64,000 bases of DNA, taken from positions 310,001-374,000 of the forward strand of contig CAUYUJ010000103.1 in assembly GCA_963575745.1 (NCBI GenBank). Reading direction: 5' to 3'. Below, in pieces: positions 46,673 to 56,799 of the stretch (the stretch's first letter is position 1; each line of letters begins with the position of its first letter). The notes under the pieces were generated by a model. That model ran no database searches. It was not told where the DNA came from and saw only the letters and a program-made list of their open reading frames with translations. Origin of the DNA: Prorocentrum cordatum (taxonomy: Eukaryota). The translations under genes and the position numbers were made by a program.

Positions 46673-49600
46673 GCGCCTCGCTGCCGCGCCAGGCATCGGA
46701 GTGCTCGGGGTAACGCTCGACGGCCTATGGATCGCACAGTCAGGACGCCTCTTCCCCCTCCCCTGCCCGCTGTCCCCTGTGCGTCCCTCCTGCCTTGCCT
46801 TGTCTGTGGCTCTTGGCTCCCCCCTCTCCCTCTCTGTGTCCTCTCCTTGCCCTTGTGTTTCTTGGCCCTCGTGTGCGCGCTCTCCCTCTCCCTCCCTGCT
46901 TGGCTTCCCCTCCCCGTCCATCCGTCCGTCCGTCTGTCGGCCCGGTCTGTCCTTTCCTGTCGCCCTCCCTCCCTCCCTCTCCCCCTCCCTTCCTTGCTCC
47001 TCGGCTCCTCGCTCTCCTGTTCGTTTGTTTGTCCTTGCCTGGCCCGCTTTTCTTTGTCGGCCTGCCCCGCAGTCCGTATAAGACTTGCGGCGTTGCCTGT
47101 TGTACTGGGTGGACATCTCAAGCTTGTCTGGGTCAGGGGCACTCGCCCGCAGACCTGCTTGTTTCAGAGAGATGGCTCCACCCACATTGCTTTGACGAAG
47201 ATCTGGCCACCCTCTCCTTGCGATCTGTTTTTGTTTAGGTGGCCTGTGTGCCCGGCGTGCCTTCCGCAGATGAGCGTCAGCTGGCCACGTAGAGGGCCGA
47301 TCTTCGGTCAGGACGCTGATTCGGACAACTTTGGGCTCCAGAGTGGCTCTGGCTTTTGGGCTGTTGGCTGTTCCTTGCATGTGGGTCGGGGGACCTCATT
47401 GTGGCCGAGGCTCGCAGTGGCCAGAGAAGCCCCATCGTTCTTTGTGTAGCGTGCCTCACCATGGTAGTACGATGGTGATCAGATCCTCGTTGCCCGTTCA
47501 CAGGGGAGCACGCACGAGACGCGGAGCTCCAGGAAGGAACCGGGCAGCTCTTCCGCCTCCGCCGGCAGGCGGACGAGGGGGCGGCACCGGGTGCCGATTA
47601 GTGGGCCGTGCCCCACCATCAGGGGCAACGACAGGCGGGGGGGACAGGCTCAGGGGGGCCCGATTCGGACAGGCACAAAATTACTTTTTGGGCGAGTGGA
47701 TTAGCTTCTTGCGCGGATCCCTAAATTCCATATTCACTTTTGCGACATCGTCTTACGTATTGATTCGCCCGCCATTCGAGGGGGCCGATCGCGGCTGTCG
47801 GATTTGCCGGGGCCTCGACGTCGCTTGCCAGAGTCAGTGTGGAATCGAGACTTGCATCTCACGAGTGGATTGGAGGATGAGCGCAAGGTGAGTCTTTCAG
47901 CTGCGGGGGGGCGCGGGCGTTTGCCGCCACGCAGGGGCCAGGGGCAATTGGGAAACGTTCATGGAAATGGAGGGTGGCAGGTCGAGGAAGAACGGGGGAG
48001 GGGGAGGGCAAAGCAGCGGGCGGGAATGGGGATCATAGTGACCAGGCGCGATGCTCTGATAGGGGGGGCGATGTGGGCGGAGGCCGCAGTTGGAATTCCT
48101 TCGGATAGCCCTGGGGCGTTCAGACACCCCCGCCCGGAGGCTGGCAGGGGTTCAGCGGCCCTTGCCTTCCTGACTCTGCGGGCGGGGCGCGACGAAGCAC
48201 CAGACCTGTACCCCGTCCCTTCGGCTAGGTGCCGGTCTGTGCGTGTTCGCCCCGCGCGAGACATCCAACACGTTCAGAACTGCCAGGCACAAGGTGTAGT
48301 TTTGCGGGTTTCGGCGGCGAAAAACCGAGCATTTTTAGAACTACCTACACCTAGCCAGCGGGGCGGGGTGCATGTCGGGTGCCGCCACTCGCGCTCCCAA
48401 AGCGTACCGCGCCCCGGCCGCTAGTTGCCGTTCTGCGCGTGCCCCTTTTTCGCGAAGCATCGTTTGCCCGCGTTGCCCATCGCCGAGGCTCCGTCCCCTG
48501 GGCCGCTTCCCACCGACATCCCACATCCCCCGGCCCAGCGAAGCCAGCCGCATGCCTTTGGGCCTCGACCTCGCGCAGCCCGCTTCCCTCCCCCGCCTGT
48601 GCCCCACCAGCAAATTCGCGATCCGATCCCCCGCGTTTTCGAGTTTTTCTTCGTGCCGGATTTCCTGTCCGAGGGTGAAACGCTTGTTCGTGCCATGATT
48701 TCGCTTGCGGCTGCCGCCTAGCCTCGCTGTGCAACATGGTGATCGCTTCCACGCTTGGCACGCGACGTCGTCGGCACCACCATCGCCTTCCAACGTAGGT
48801 CGCGAGGCGGCGCCCGTCCATCCAGACCGACAGACGCGCCAAATCTAAGTATGATTGCCACCCCTGGTCTCCGCAACAAGGTGCAGTCTTGCCTTGTGTA
48901 GTTGTAGATGTGTTCGACCGATGGGCCACTCCGCCCAAAAGGGTGTGGTTCCGCTATCCGGGGCCCGTCGCCGATCTATCAGCGATGCGTAGTCGATTCC
49001 AGGTCGATGGCCCCTCCCCCCCTGAGCCCGCCCCCCTATCGCTGCCTCTTAACCGTGTTTCTCTGCCTCGTCGTCGTCGGCCTTTGCCCACAACGTTGGA
49101 GCCTCCAGCGGCTCGGCGCGCCACGCTTCGCCGGCACGCCTAGCTCTGGGCACATCCTCGGCGTGCGGCCGCGGCCGCGCGCCAACCCTCGGGTTCGGGG
49201 CGCTCCAACGACGCCCTGGCGCCGCCGTCTCCCGCAGGCAGTCTCAGGGTTCTGACAAGTGGCACTGGTGGAGAAGCGTTCCCGACGCGCGCTGAGTTGC
49301 CCAGCTCGCGGGCCGGCGACTGCGTTCTCCAGCTCAGCGCCGGGGATTCGGAGGCTCAGAGGAGTACTGAGTCATGATAACGACACGTTCCAAGTTTCCC
49401 CAGATTTCCTGTAGTCCCGCGAGGCCAGACACGGATGGCCGAGTGCGAATAACCGAGGGCCGTTGAACACTCCTGAACTCCCGAAGCGTATTTTGAGCCA
49501 ATCGCATCGTGGCAGTAACATCGTCATAGAGATGGCTGGCCCCCGAGGGGCCCCGACCTCGTGGACGGGGAGCTCCTAGGAACAATCCTCATCCTTGCCG

Positions 49601-49751
49601 GTGCGAATCCGACCCTCCCCGAGGCTGGGCACGTCGCGCCCCAAGCGGAGCAGGATGCGTGGGACGAGCAGATCGTGAAGGCTGTCGAGAGGTGGTTCAT
49701 GGAGACCGAGATGGAGCCCCATCAGGGAGGAACGAAGGGGGAAGAGAGTGG

Positions 49752-49808
<57 letters not shown>

Positions 49809-49891
49809 GGAGGAGGAGGAGGAGGAGGATGAGGAGGAGGAGGAGGAGGAGGAGGAGGAGGAGGAGGAGGAGGAGGAGGAGGAGGAGGAGG
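49752..49891. repeat. (GAT)n-(GAG)n microsatellite, left flank of element B
   Basis: Direct read. Confidence 0.95.
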
Positions 49892-50045
49892 TGTGAAGAG
49901 TAGTATGCCTCCGAGCGGAGGCGTGGCCAAAATATCCCGTAGTATGCCTCCGAGCGGAGGCGTGGCCAAAATATCCCGCCAGGCGCTCGCATGCAGTCAG
50001 CGTATATCTGAAGCCCCTTTTGGCCCAGGGAGAGACAAAACATTT
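49892..50045 (+). repeat. 5' LTR of element B
   Basis: TGTGAAGAG...CAAAACATTT; contains a 39-bp tandem duplication. Confidence 0.96.
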
Positions 50046-50048
50046 AGA

Positions 50049-50060
50049 TGGTAGCGGAGC
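50049..50060 (+). promoter_or_regulatory. Primer-binding site, likely tRNA-iMet
   Basis: TGGTAGCGGAGC 3 nt after the LTR, complementary to a ...GCUCCGCUACCA tRNA end. Confidence 0.85.
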
Positions 50061-50117
50061 CGTGAGGCTCCACGCGACCTTTCATAGTGGGTTCACGGTA
50101 TATTTCTTTCAGAATCA

Positions 50118-51923
50118 ATGGAGCAGTTGATCCAGCAACTGCATGATCAGGTGGCAACGTTGCAACAGCGCCAGCAGCCGATGGAAAAGATGGTCCAACA
50201 GTTGCAGCGACAGCGACAAGATATTGACAGACTTCAGGCTGCAGAACGGGAGGCGCTGCAGCAACAGCAGCAACAATATGTACGTATGGATGAGCTGAGA
50301 GCTGTAGCCAGAGGCAGCATGAAGACGGTCATCGACACGAAGAGCCTCGGCAAGCCGAAGGACTTCGACAACAAAGAAGAGCACTGGCAGGAGTTTGCGT
50401 TCAAGTACGAGAACTGGATCAGCGGCATCGAGCCGCAGGCGCGGCTATACCTCAGATGGGCAGAGCTGAGTGGCGAGGAGATAGATGATCTCGACTTGGA
50501 TGACCCGCCGGACGCGCTCAGCCAGGATGAGATCAGGCACCTCGGGAGGCAGGTGTACGTGTCCCTCGCTCAGATGCTCACAGGTGAATCGCTGGATGTC
50601 TTGAGGAATGGCCGTGAAGATAATGGTATTGATGCGTGGCGTCGGCTATGGAGGCGATGGGATCCGAAGACGGTCGGACGCAACAGGGCTGCCTACCTCA
50701 AGATAGCTCAGCCAGGCACGGCGAAGACGGTGGAGCAGGCGTCCAAGATGCTGGAGCAATGGGAAGCGCAGATCCGCGACTACGAGTCCAAGAGGAAGAA
50801 GGTGGTTGATGAAGAGCTCAAGTGTGCAGTGTTGACGGAGATGATGCCCAAGGAGCTGCGACTCCACCTCCAGCTCAATGCGAGGACGCTCACGGACTAC
50901 ACCACAATCAGGCAGGAGGTGCTGTCCTTCCTCGAGGCCAGGAAGAGCCACACCAGTGACGGTTCGGCACCGACGGATGTTGATGCCCTGCAGCGGAAGG
51001 GCAAAGACAAGAGCGGCAAGGGTAGGGACAGCAAAGGCAAGGGCAAGGACACGGACAACTCCCACTCCAAGAAGAACGTGACGTGTTGGAACTGCGGCAA
51101 GACAGGACACACGAGCAGTGAGTGCTGGACGAAGCCGCAGACATATCATGACAAGAACAAGGCCCGTGGCAAGGGCAAGGACAACAAAGGCAAGGGCAAG
51201 GACTCCAAGGGCGACAAGGGCAAAGATGGCGGAAAGGGGAACTCCCAGAACCACTTCCGGGGCTACTGCGACAAGTGCGGGAAGTGGGGTCATCGCGGAC
51301 AAGATTGCTGGGGTTCCAAGACGACGAACTCGCTGGAGACGAGCAACCAGCCGGAGCCTGAGATCGGCGGCTTCGACATCTGCGCGCTCGACGGTTACGG
51401 CAAGGACGAGACGGACAAGGACACGCAGCCCTACAAGGAGGTGAACAGCTACATGGTCGAGGCGACGGTGGACTCAGGTGCGGCGGTCAGCGTGATGCCG
51501 GTGAGCACGTGCCAGGAGTACAAGGTGAGGCCGAGCGAGGCATCACGCAGAGGGGTCCGCTATCGGGCAGCTGGGGGACAGATGATCTCGGACCTCGGCA
51601 CGCGCGTGGTGAATATCCACGCGGGAGGTCGCAACGGCGGCAAGGCTCGAGTGACGTGCTCGGTGGCCGAGGTGAAGAAGGTGCTCCTGAGCGTGGCCAA
51701 GATGGTGGACCAGGGCAACAGGGTGACGTTCGGCCCGAACGAGGGCGACAGCTACATCGAGAACATTGCCACCGGGGTCACTATCCCCATCAGGCGTAAG
51801 AACGACGTGTATGTGATGGACATGGAGATCCAGCCGCCGAAGCAGCACGAGAAGTCGATGATGCTCGCAGCGGTAGACTCGGCCCAGTCGCTGGGGGGCA
51901 GGAGGCAGGCCGCGAGGCCGTAA
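50118..51923 (+). CDS. gag: Gag-protease polyprotein of element B (601 aa)
   Basis: Intact ORF with two zinc knuckles (CWNCGKTGHTSSEC, CDKCGKWGHRGQDC), protease VDSGA and LLSV. Confidence 0.95.
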   Translation: MEQLIQQLHDQVATLQQRQQPMEKMVQQLQRQRQDIDRLQAAEREALQQQQQQYVRMDELRAVARGSMKTVIDTKSLGKPKDFDNKEEHWQEFAFKYENWISGIEPQARLYLRWAELSGEEIDDLDLDDPPDALSQDEIRHLGRQVYVSLAQMLTGESLDVLRNGREDNGIDAWRRLWRRWDPKTVGRNRAAYLKIAQPGTAKTVEQASKMLEQWEAQIRDYESKRKKVVDEELKCAVLTEMMPKELRLHLQLNARTLTDYTTIRQEVLSFLEARKSHTSDGSAPTDVDALQRKGKDKSGKGRDSKGKGKDTDNSHSKKNVTCWNCGKTGHTSSECWTKPQTYHDKNKARGKGKDNKGKGKDSKGDKGKDGGKGNSQNHFRGYCDKCGKWGHRGQDCWGSKTTNSLETSNQPEPEIGGFDICALDGYGKDETDKDTQPYKEVNSYMVEATVDSGAAVSVMPVSTCQEYKVRPSEASRRGVRYRAAGGQMISDLGTRVVNIHAGGRNGGKARVTCSVAEVKKVLLSVAKMVDQGNRVTFGPNEGDSYIENIATGVTIPIRRKNDVYVMDMEIQPPKQHEKSMMLAAVDSAQSLGGRRQAARP

Positions 51924-51961
51924 GTCCGCCTAGCAGTGAGGGCGAGGAGGCTCGGCGCTGG

Positions 51962-52480
51962 GTGACGCCCGTGTTCGAGGGCGGCAGCAGCGGGTCGGGC
52001 CAGGCAGCGGCGCCGAGCGAGCCCGGGCCAGGAGCTGAAGACGGCCGCGTCATCGAGATGGAGGCTGACGAAGAGGCAGCGGTGCCCGCACGGGTCGTCA
52101 AGGACCCGGAGGCGCCGACCAAGGAGGAGATCGAGCAGCACAACATCGGGCACATACCGTACAGGAGCTGGCGCAGGCACTGCGTGATGGGCCGAGGCAG
52201 GAGCGCGGCTCACCGCAAGCTCGAGGCGGAGAAGTCACACGTGATCCCCACGGTCGGTCACGACTATGGCTTCCTCGGGCGAGATGATAATCCTGCGATG
52301 CCGATGTTGGTGGGCAAGAGCTTTCGAACGTTGTGGCTTGGGGCCGCGATCGTCCCATGCAAGGGCGACGCGAGCGAGTGCAGTGTTGGGGTCATGAGTG
52401 GCCAGATCAAGCAGATGGGACATTCCAACTTCATCCACAAGACGGATCAGGAGTCAGCGTTGAAGGCGCTGAAGGAATGA
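51962..52480 (+). CDS. pol: Pol N-terminal part: integrase zinc finger and first catalytic residues (same frame as 52511, one TGA between)
   Basis: HNIGHIPYRSWRRHC, HDYGF, TDQES. Frame is open from 51800. Confidence 0.88.
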   Translation: MTPVFEGGSSGSGQAAAPSEPGPGAEDGRVIEMEADEEAAVPARVVKDPEAPTKEEIEQHNIGHIPYRSWRRHCVMGRGRSAAHRKLEAEKSHVIPTVGHDYGFLGRDDNPAMPMLVGKSFRTLWLGAAIVPCKGDASECSVGVMSGQIKQMGHSNFIHKTDQESALKALKE

Positions 52481-52510
52481 GCGCACCAGGCGCTGGGAAC
52501 TGCGTACAGC

Positions 52511-55500
52511 GTGGTCTCGGAGGAGGCTCCGCGCGGCAGCAAGGAGTCGAACGGTGCGATGGAGAACGGCGTGATGCAGATCGAGGGCCTGGTGAGGACC
52601 CACAGGGACGCGCTGGAGATCTCGCAGGGCATCAAGGTCGAGCACGAGTCCGCGCTCGTGCCCTGGCTGGTGCTGTGGGCGGCGTGCGTCTACAACCGGT
52701 TCTCCAGGGACGTCAACGGGAAGACACCATATGAGAAGACGAAGGGCAAGCCGTTTCGACGTGAGCTACTGCTTCTCGGTGAGCGCATCTACTGGCTCCC
52801 AGCGGACAAGAGCAAGAAGCGTGGCGATGCGCAGGGCATGAACAAGTTAGAGAACAAGTGGCGGACGGGACACTTCCTGGGCGTCCAGGAGAGCAGCGAC
52901 GAGGCGTTCGTCAGTGATGAGAATGGCGGCGTCTACCGAGCCAGGAGCATGAAGAGGCTCCCGGAGGTGATGCGCAAGTCGCCGGAGACGATCCTCAAGG
53001 TCAAGGGCGTGCCCTGGAATCGGACGCCAGAGGATGTGCCGGCGCCTCAAGTACGAGTGGAAGTCGGACGACCAGATCCACCACCAGACGCGCCGCCGGT
53101 GATCGAGACGCCACCGGAGCCAGCAGTGGTTCGGCGGAGAACGTACGTCACCAAGGCCATGATTGAGAAGTACGGTTTCGCGCCAGGATGTCGAGGGTGT
53201 GAGGCTTTACTCATCCACGGCACGACGCACGTGAGTGGAGGTGGAGTTGCGCACTCGGACTTTTGCCGAGCGCGTATCGAGGCGGCAGGGCAGCGAGCGC
53301 CTGCTGCTCCTGCAGCAGCGCCCAGCCCGCCGGCAGTTGCGGAGGGGCCAGCGGGAGGTGCCGCCCAGGCCCCGGAGGCAGCCGAGAGATCACCGATGGA
53401 GGTGGAGGCGCAGCTGGCACCGCAGGGCAGCAGCGCAGGACCCGCGCAAGGATCCCAGATGGAGGATGCGCGGGGGAGTCAGAAGCGCAGGGCTAGCGAG
53501 GAGTTGCAGCAGGATGAGGTCAGGCAGTACGAGGTGGTCGAGGAGACCAGCGTGCCGACGGCCAGGATGGACTACCTGGAGGGTGGCAGGATGCTGAGCG
53601 CGCTGGGCTACGACGCCCACGTGAGCGAGGTGTACAACCCGGAGAGGTTCAAGGAGGAGGCCGAGGCGATGGGTCTTGCCTTCGGCCATGCCTTCGACCT
53701 GCAGCTCCAGAGGCCGGACGGAGGAGGTCCGTGGGACTTCCCCCGGTCGCAGGACAGGGTGCTGGCGAAGGAGATCCTGAAGGTCAAGAGACCGCTCCTG
53801 CTGATCGGGAGCCCGATGTGCAGGATGTTCAGCTCGCTGATGACCTTCAACCGGAAGCACTACAGCAGCGAGGACTGGGAGGCGATGAAGCAGGACGCGA
53901 TCAGTCATCTCGAGTTCGTGTGCGAGCTCTATCAGTGGCAGGACGATGCTGGGCGGTTCTGGCTCCACGAGCATCCAGACCGTGCGACGTCATGGCAGGG
54001 AGAGTGCGTGAAGGAGCTGCTGAGTAGAGAGAGTACCAAGAGGGTGCGCAGCGACATGTGCCAGTTCGGCATGACGGCGCTCGACGTCGACGGCAGCTGG
54101 CAGCTGGTGGTCAAGCCTACTGGGTGGGCCACCAACTCCGACCAGATAGCGAGGCAGCTGGCAAGGAGGTGTACGAAAAAGGAGGAGCCTCCGTGGCGAC
54201 AGCACCGCCACGTTGAGCTGGTCGGGAACAAGGCAAAGGGCTGCGAGGTTTACCCGATTGAGTTGGTTCGGGCGATCCTTCATGGGTTGGTGGACGAGCT
54301 GAAAGACCGAGGTGAGTGGCACGAGGGCGAGTTCGGGACGGTTGATGCTGAAGAGAAGGAGCCGGAGTGGGACGACCACCAGGAGCTCTGGGCGCCCAGC
54401 AGCGGGCGCGACGTCTACGACTCGCTCACGGGTCTGAAGTTGGACCCGAGTCTGGTGGCGGAGGCCAAGCAGGACGAGCTCAAGGAGATCAGGGCGTTCG
54501 GGGTCTACGAGAAGGTTCCCATCCAGCAGTGCTGGGGCGAGACGGGAGCGGCGCCCATCGGCGTCACGTGGGTGTGCGTCAACAAGGGCGACGATGAGAA
54601 GCCTGATGTGCGCGCTAGGCTGTGCGCGCAGGAGATCAAAGCGAAGGGCCCGGCACGAGAGGGAGTCTTCGCCCCAGCGCCGCCGATCGAGTGCCTCAAG
54701 CTGTTGTTCAGCCTAGGCATGACAGAGGAAGAGAACAAAGACGAGCCCGACGCGTTCATGGTGCTGGACGCGACCAGGGCTCATTTCCACTGCCCGGCGA
54801 CCCGACGGGTCTTCGTGAGGCTGTGTGACGAGGACTACCAGGAGGGCTACTGTGCCCTACTTCGGAAGAGCATGTACGGGACCAGGGATGCGGCGGCGAA
54901 CTGGGAGCTGTTCTCATCTACAGTTGCTCGGGATCACGCCGGCCTCAAGCCTGGAGCGGCGAACCCGTGCCTGTTCTGGAACGAGAAGCTTCGCGTGAGG
55001 TGCTTCAAGCACGGGGACGACTTCGTGCTGGGAGGCCAGCGCGAGTCGATCAGACAGGTCAAGGAGGAGCTAGGCAAGCATATCAAGCTCAAGGAGAAGG
55101 GCGTGCTCGGGTTGCATCCAGAGCTGGGAGACACGCAGGAGGTTCGAATCCTGAACCGGCTCGTGTCCATGAAGATGAAAGAGGGCAAGCAGGTGCTCGC
55201 CGTGGAGGCGGACCCGAGGCACGCGGCGCTGATCATCGAGGAGCTGGGGCTGAAAGGTTCCAGCAAGAGTCGGTCGACGCCAGGAGAGAAGGTGTCGGGT
55301 GTGCCAGACCTGACGCCGATCAAAGACGAGATCGAAGTGCGGAGGTTCCGATCGTTGACCATGCGGGCCCACTACTTGGCGGAGGACAGGTACGACCTGA
55401 AGTTTGCGAGCAAGGAGTTGGCGCGCGAGATGAAGTGCCCCACGGTGTCGGGCATGGCCAAGCTCAAGCACCTTGGCCGGTTCCTGCTCAAGAAGCCCAG

Positions 55501-56047
55501 GTGTGTGCAGGAGTTCGTATGGCAGGATCGACAGCACAAACTGGTGACATACTGCGATTCCGACTGGGGCGGATGCGTGGTCACCAGGAAGAGTACTACG
55601 AGTGGATGTGTGCAGCACGGCAGCCACAGTATCAAGCAGTATAGTTCTACGCAGCAGACCCCATCATTGAGTAGCGGTGAGGCAGAGTTCAATGCGTGTG
55701 TGAAGGCGGCTGCGGTGTGTCTTGGAGCTCAGGCCTATGCCGCAGATCTGGGTGCTACGCTGGTGGCCGCTATCGGCACAGACTCCAGCGCGGCGCTGGG
55801 CATGATGAAGAGGTCAGGGCTAGGTCGAGTCAGACATATCGCGGTGCCACTACTGTGGATCCAAGATGCCGTCCGTGAGTCTCGCATCAGAGTCTTCAAG
55901 GAGAAGGGCCTGGAGAACGTCGCGGACGCCGGCACGAAGTACCTGAGCGGGCCGAAGCTGGAGGCGATCATGGAGCGCCTCGGCTACGTGTACCAGGCCG
56001 GAGAGAGTGCTCTGGGTCTCCGCGTGCAGCGGGGAGTAGGGGTTTGA
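52511..56047 (+). CDS. pol: Pol: integrase C-part, methyltransferase-like domain, RT, RNase H
   Basis: SNGAME (INT); KSMYGTRDAA and KHGDDF (RT); CDSDWGG, SSGEAE, TDSSAA, NVADAGTK (copia RNase H). Confidence 0.96.
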   Translation: MVSEEAPRGSKESNGAMENGVMQIEGLVRTHRDALEISQGIKVEHESALVPWLVLWAACVYNRFSRDVNGKTPYEKTKGKPFRRELLLLGERIYWLPADKSKKRGDAQGMNKLENKWRTGHFLGVQESSDEAFVSDENGGVYRARSMKRLPEVMRKSPETILKVKGVPWNRTPEDVPAPQVRVEVGRPDPPPDAPPVIETPPEPAVVRRRTYVTKAMIEKYGFAPGCRGCEALLIHGTTHVSGGGVAHSDFCRARIEAAGQRAPAAPAAAPSPPAVAEGPAGGAAQAPEAAERSPMEVEAQLAPQGSSAGPAQGSQMEDARGSQKRRASEELQQDEVRQYEVVEETSVPTARMDYLEGGRMLSALGYDAHVSEVYNPERFKEEAEAMGLAFGHAFDLQLQRPDGGGPWDFPRSQDRVLAKEILKVKRPLLLIGSPMCRMFSSLMTFNRKHYSSEDWEAMKQDAISHLEFVCELYQWQDDAGRFWLHEHPDRATSWQGECVKELLSRESTKRVRSDMCQFGMTALDVDGSWQLVVKPTGWATNSDQIARQLARRCTKKEEPPWRQHRHVELVGNKAKGCEVYPIELVRAILHGLVDELKDRGEWHEGEFGTVDAEEKEPEWDDHQELWAPSSGRDVYDSLTGLKLDPSLVAEAKQDELKEIRAFGVYEKVPIQQCWGETGAAPIGVTWVCVNKGDDEKPDVRARLCAQEIKAKGPAREGVFAPAPPIECLKLLFSLGMTEEENKDEPDAFMVLDATRAHFHCPATRRVFVRLCDEDYQEGYCALLRKSMYGTRDAAANWELFSSTVARDHAGLKPGAANPCLFWNEKLRVRCFKHGDDFVLGGQRESIRQVKEELGKHIKLKEKGVLGLHPELGDTQEVRILNRLVSMKMKEGKQVLAVEADPRHAALIIEELGLKGSSKSRSTPGEKVSGVPDLTPIKDEIEVRRFRSLTMRAHYLAEDRYDLKFASKELAREMKCPTVSGMAKLKHLGRFLLKKPRCVQEFVWQDRQHKLVTYCDSDWGGCVVTRKSTTSGCVQHGSHSIKQYSSTQQTPSLSSGEAEFNACVKAAAVCLGAQAYAADLGATLVAAIGTDSSAALGMMKRSGLGRVRHIAVPLLWIQDAVRESRIRVFKEKGLENVADAGTKYLSGPKLEAIMERLGYVYQAGESALGLRVQRGVGV
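53615..54300 (+). other. C5 cytosine methyltransferase-like domain inserted between INT and RT
   Basis: VSEVYNPER (aberrant motif I), WDF, LLIGSPMCRMFS (IV), LHEHP..ATSW (VI), DMCQFG..KPT (VIII), YP (X). Confidence 0.75.
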
Positions 56048-56107
56048 GCAGGCTGCGGCGTACAGTGCGCGGGTGCGGGCACGGTGAATGACCGACGCCC
56101 TACCCGC

Positions 56108-56116
56108 GAGGAGGAG
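56108..56116 (+). promoter_or_regulatory. Polypurine tract
   Basis: GAGGAGGAG directly before the 3' LTR. Confidence 0.8.
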
Positions 56117-56270
56117 TGTGAAGAGTAGTATGCCTCCGAGCGGAGGCGTGGCCAAAATATCCCGTAGTATGCCCCCGAGCGGAGGCGTGGCCAAAATATC
56201 CCGCCAGGCGCTCGCATGCAGTCAGCGTATATCTGAAGCCCCTTTTGGCCCAGGGAGAGACAAAACATTT
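56117..56270 (+). repeat. 3' LTR of element B
   Basis: Identical to the 5' LTR except GCCTCC>GCCCCC. Confidence 0.96.
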
Positions 56271-56790
56271 GGAGGAGGAGGAGGAGGAGGAGGAGGAGGA
56301 GGAGGAGGAAGAGGAAGAGGAAGAGGAAGAAGAAGAATAAGAAGAAGACGAAGAATACGAAGAATAATAAGAAGAAGAATAAGAATAATAATAAGAAGAC
56401 GAAGCAGAAGCAGAAGCAGAAGCAGAAGCAGAAGCAGAAGCAGAAGCAGAAGAAGAAGAAGAAGAATGAGAAGAAGAAGAATAATAATAATAATAAGAAG
56501 AAGAATAATAAGACGAAGAAAACGAAGAAGAAGAAGAAGAAGAAGAATAAGAAGAATAATAAGGAGAAGAAGAAGAAGAAGACGAAGAAGAAGAAGAAGA
56601 AGACGACGACGAAGACGAAGAAGAAGAAGAAGACGAATAAGAAGAATAATAATAAGACGAAGAAGAATAATAAGAAGAAGAATAAGAAGAATAAGAATAA
56701 TACGAAGAAGAAAAAGAAGAAGAAGGAGGAGGAGGAGGAGGAAGAAGAAGAAGATGAAGAAGGAGGGGGAGGAAGAGGAGGAAGAGGACG
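56271..56790. repeat. Compound (GGA)/(GAA)/(TAA) microsatellite
   Basis: Direct read. Confidence 0.95.
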
Positions 56791-56799
56791 TTTCGTGGA

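Larger units (their letters stand above)
49892..56270 (+). mobile_element. Young, nearly intact Ty1/copia LTR retrotransposon (element B)
   Basis: 154-bp LTRs with 1 mismatch, PBS, PPT, GGAGG TSD (49887-91 / 56271-75), gag-PR then INT-RT-RNase H. Confidence 0.97.

Noticed and set aside
46241..47449. 380-390 aa ORFs on both strands
   Set aside because: GC-rich, CT-rich low-complexity sequence; only the 41-nt WW exon inside has support.
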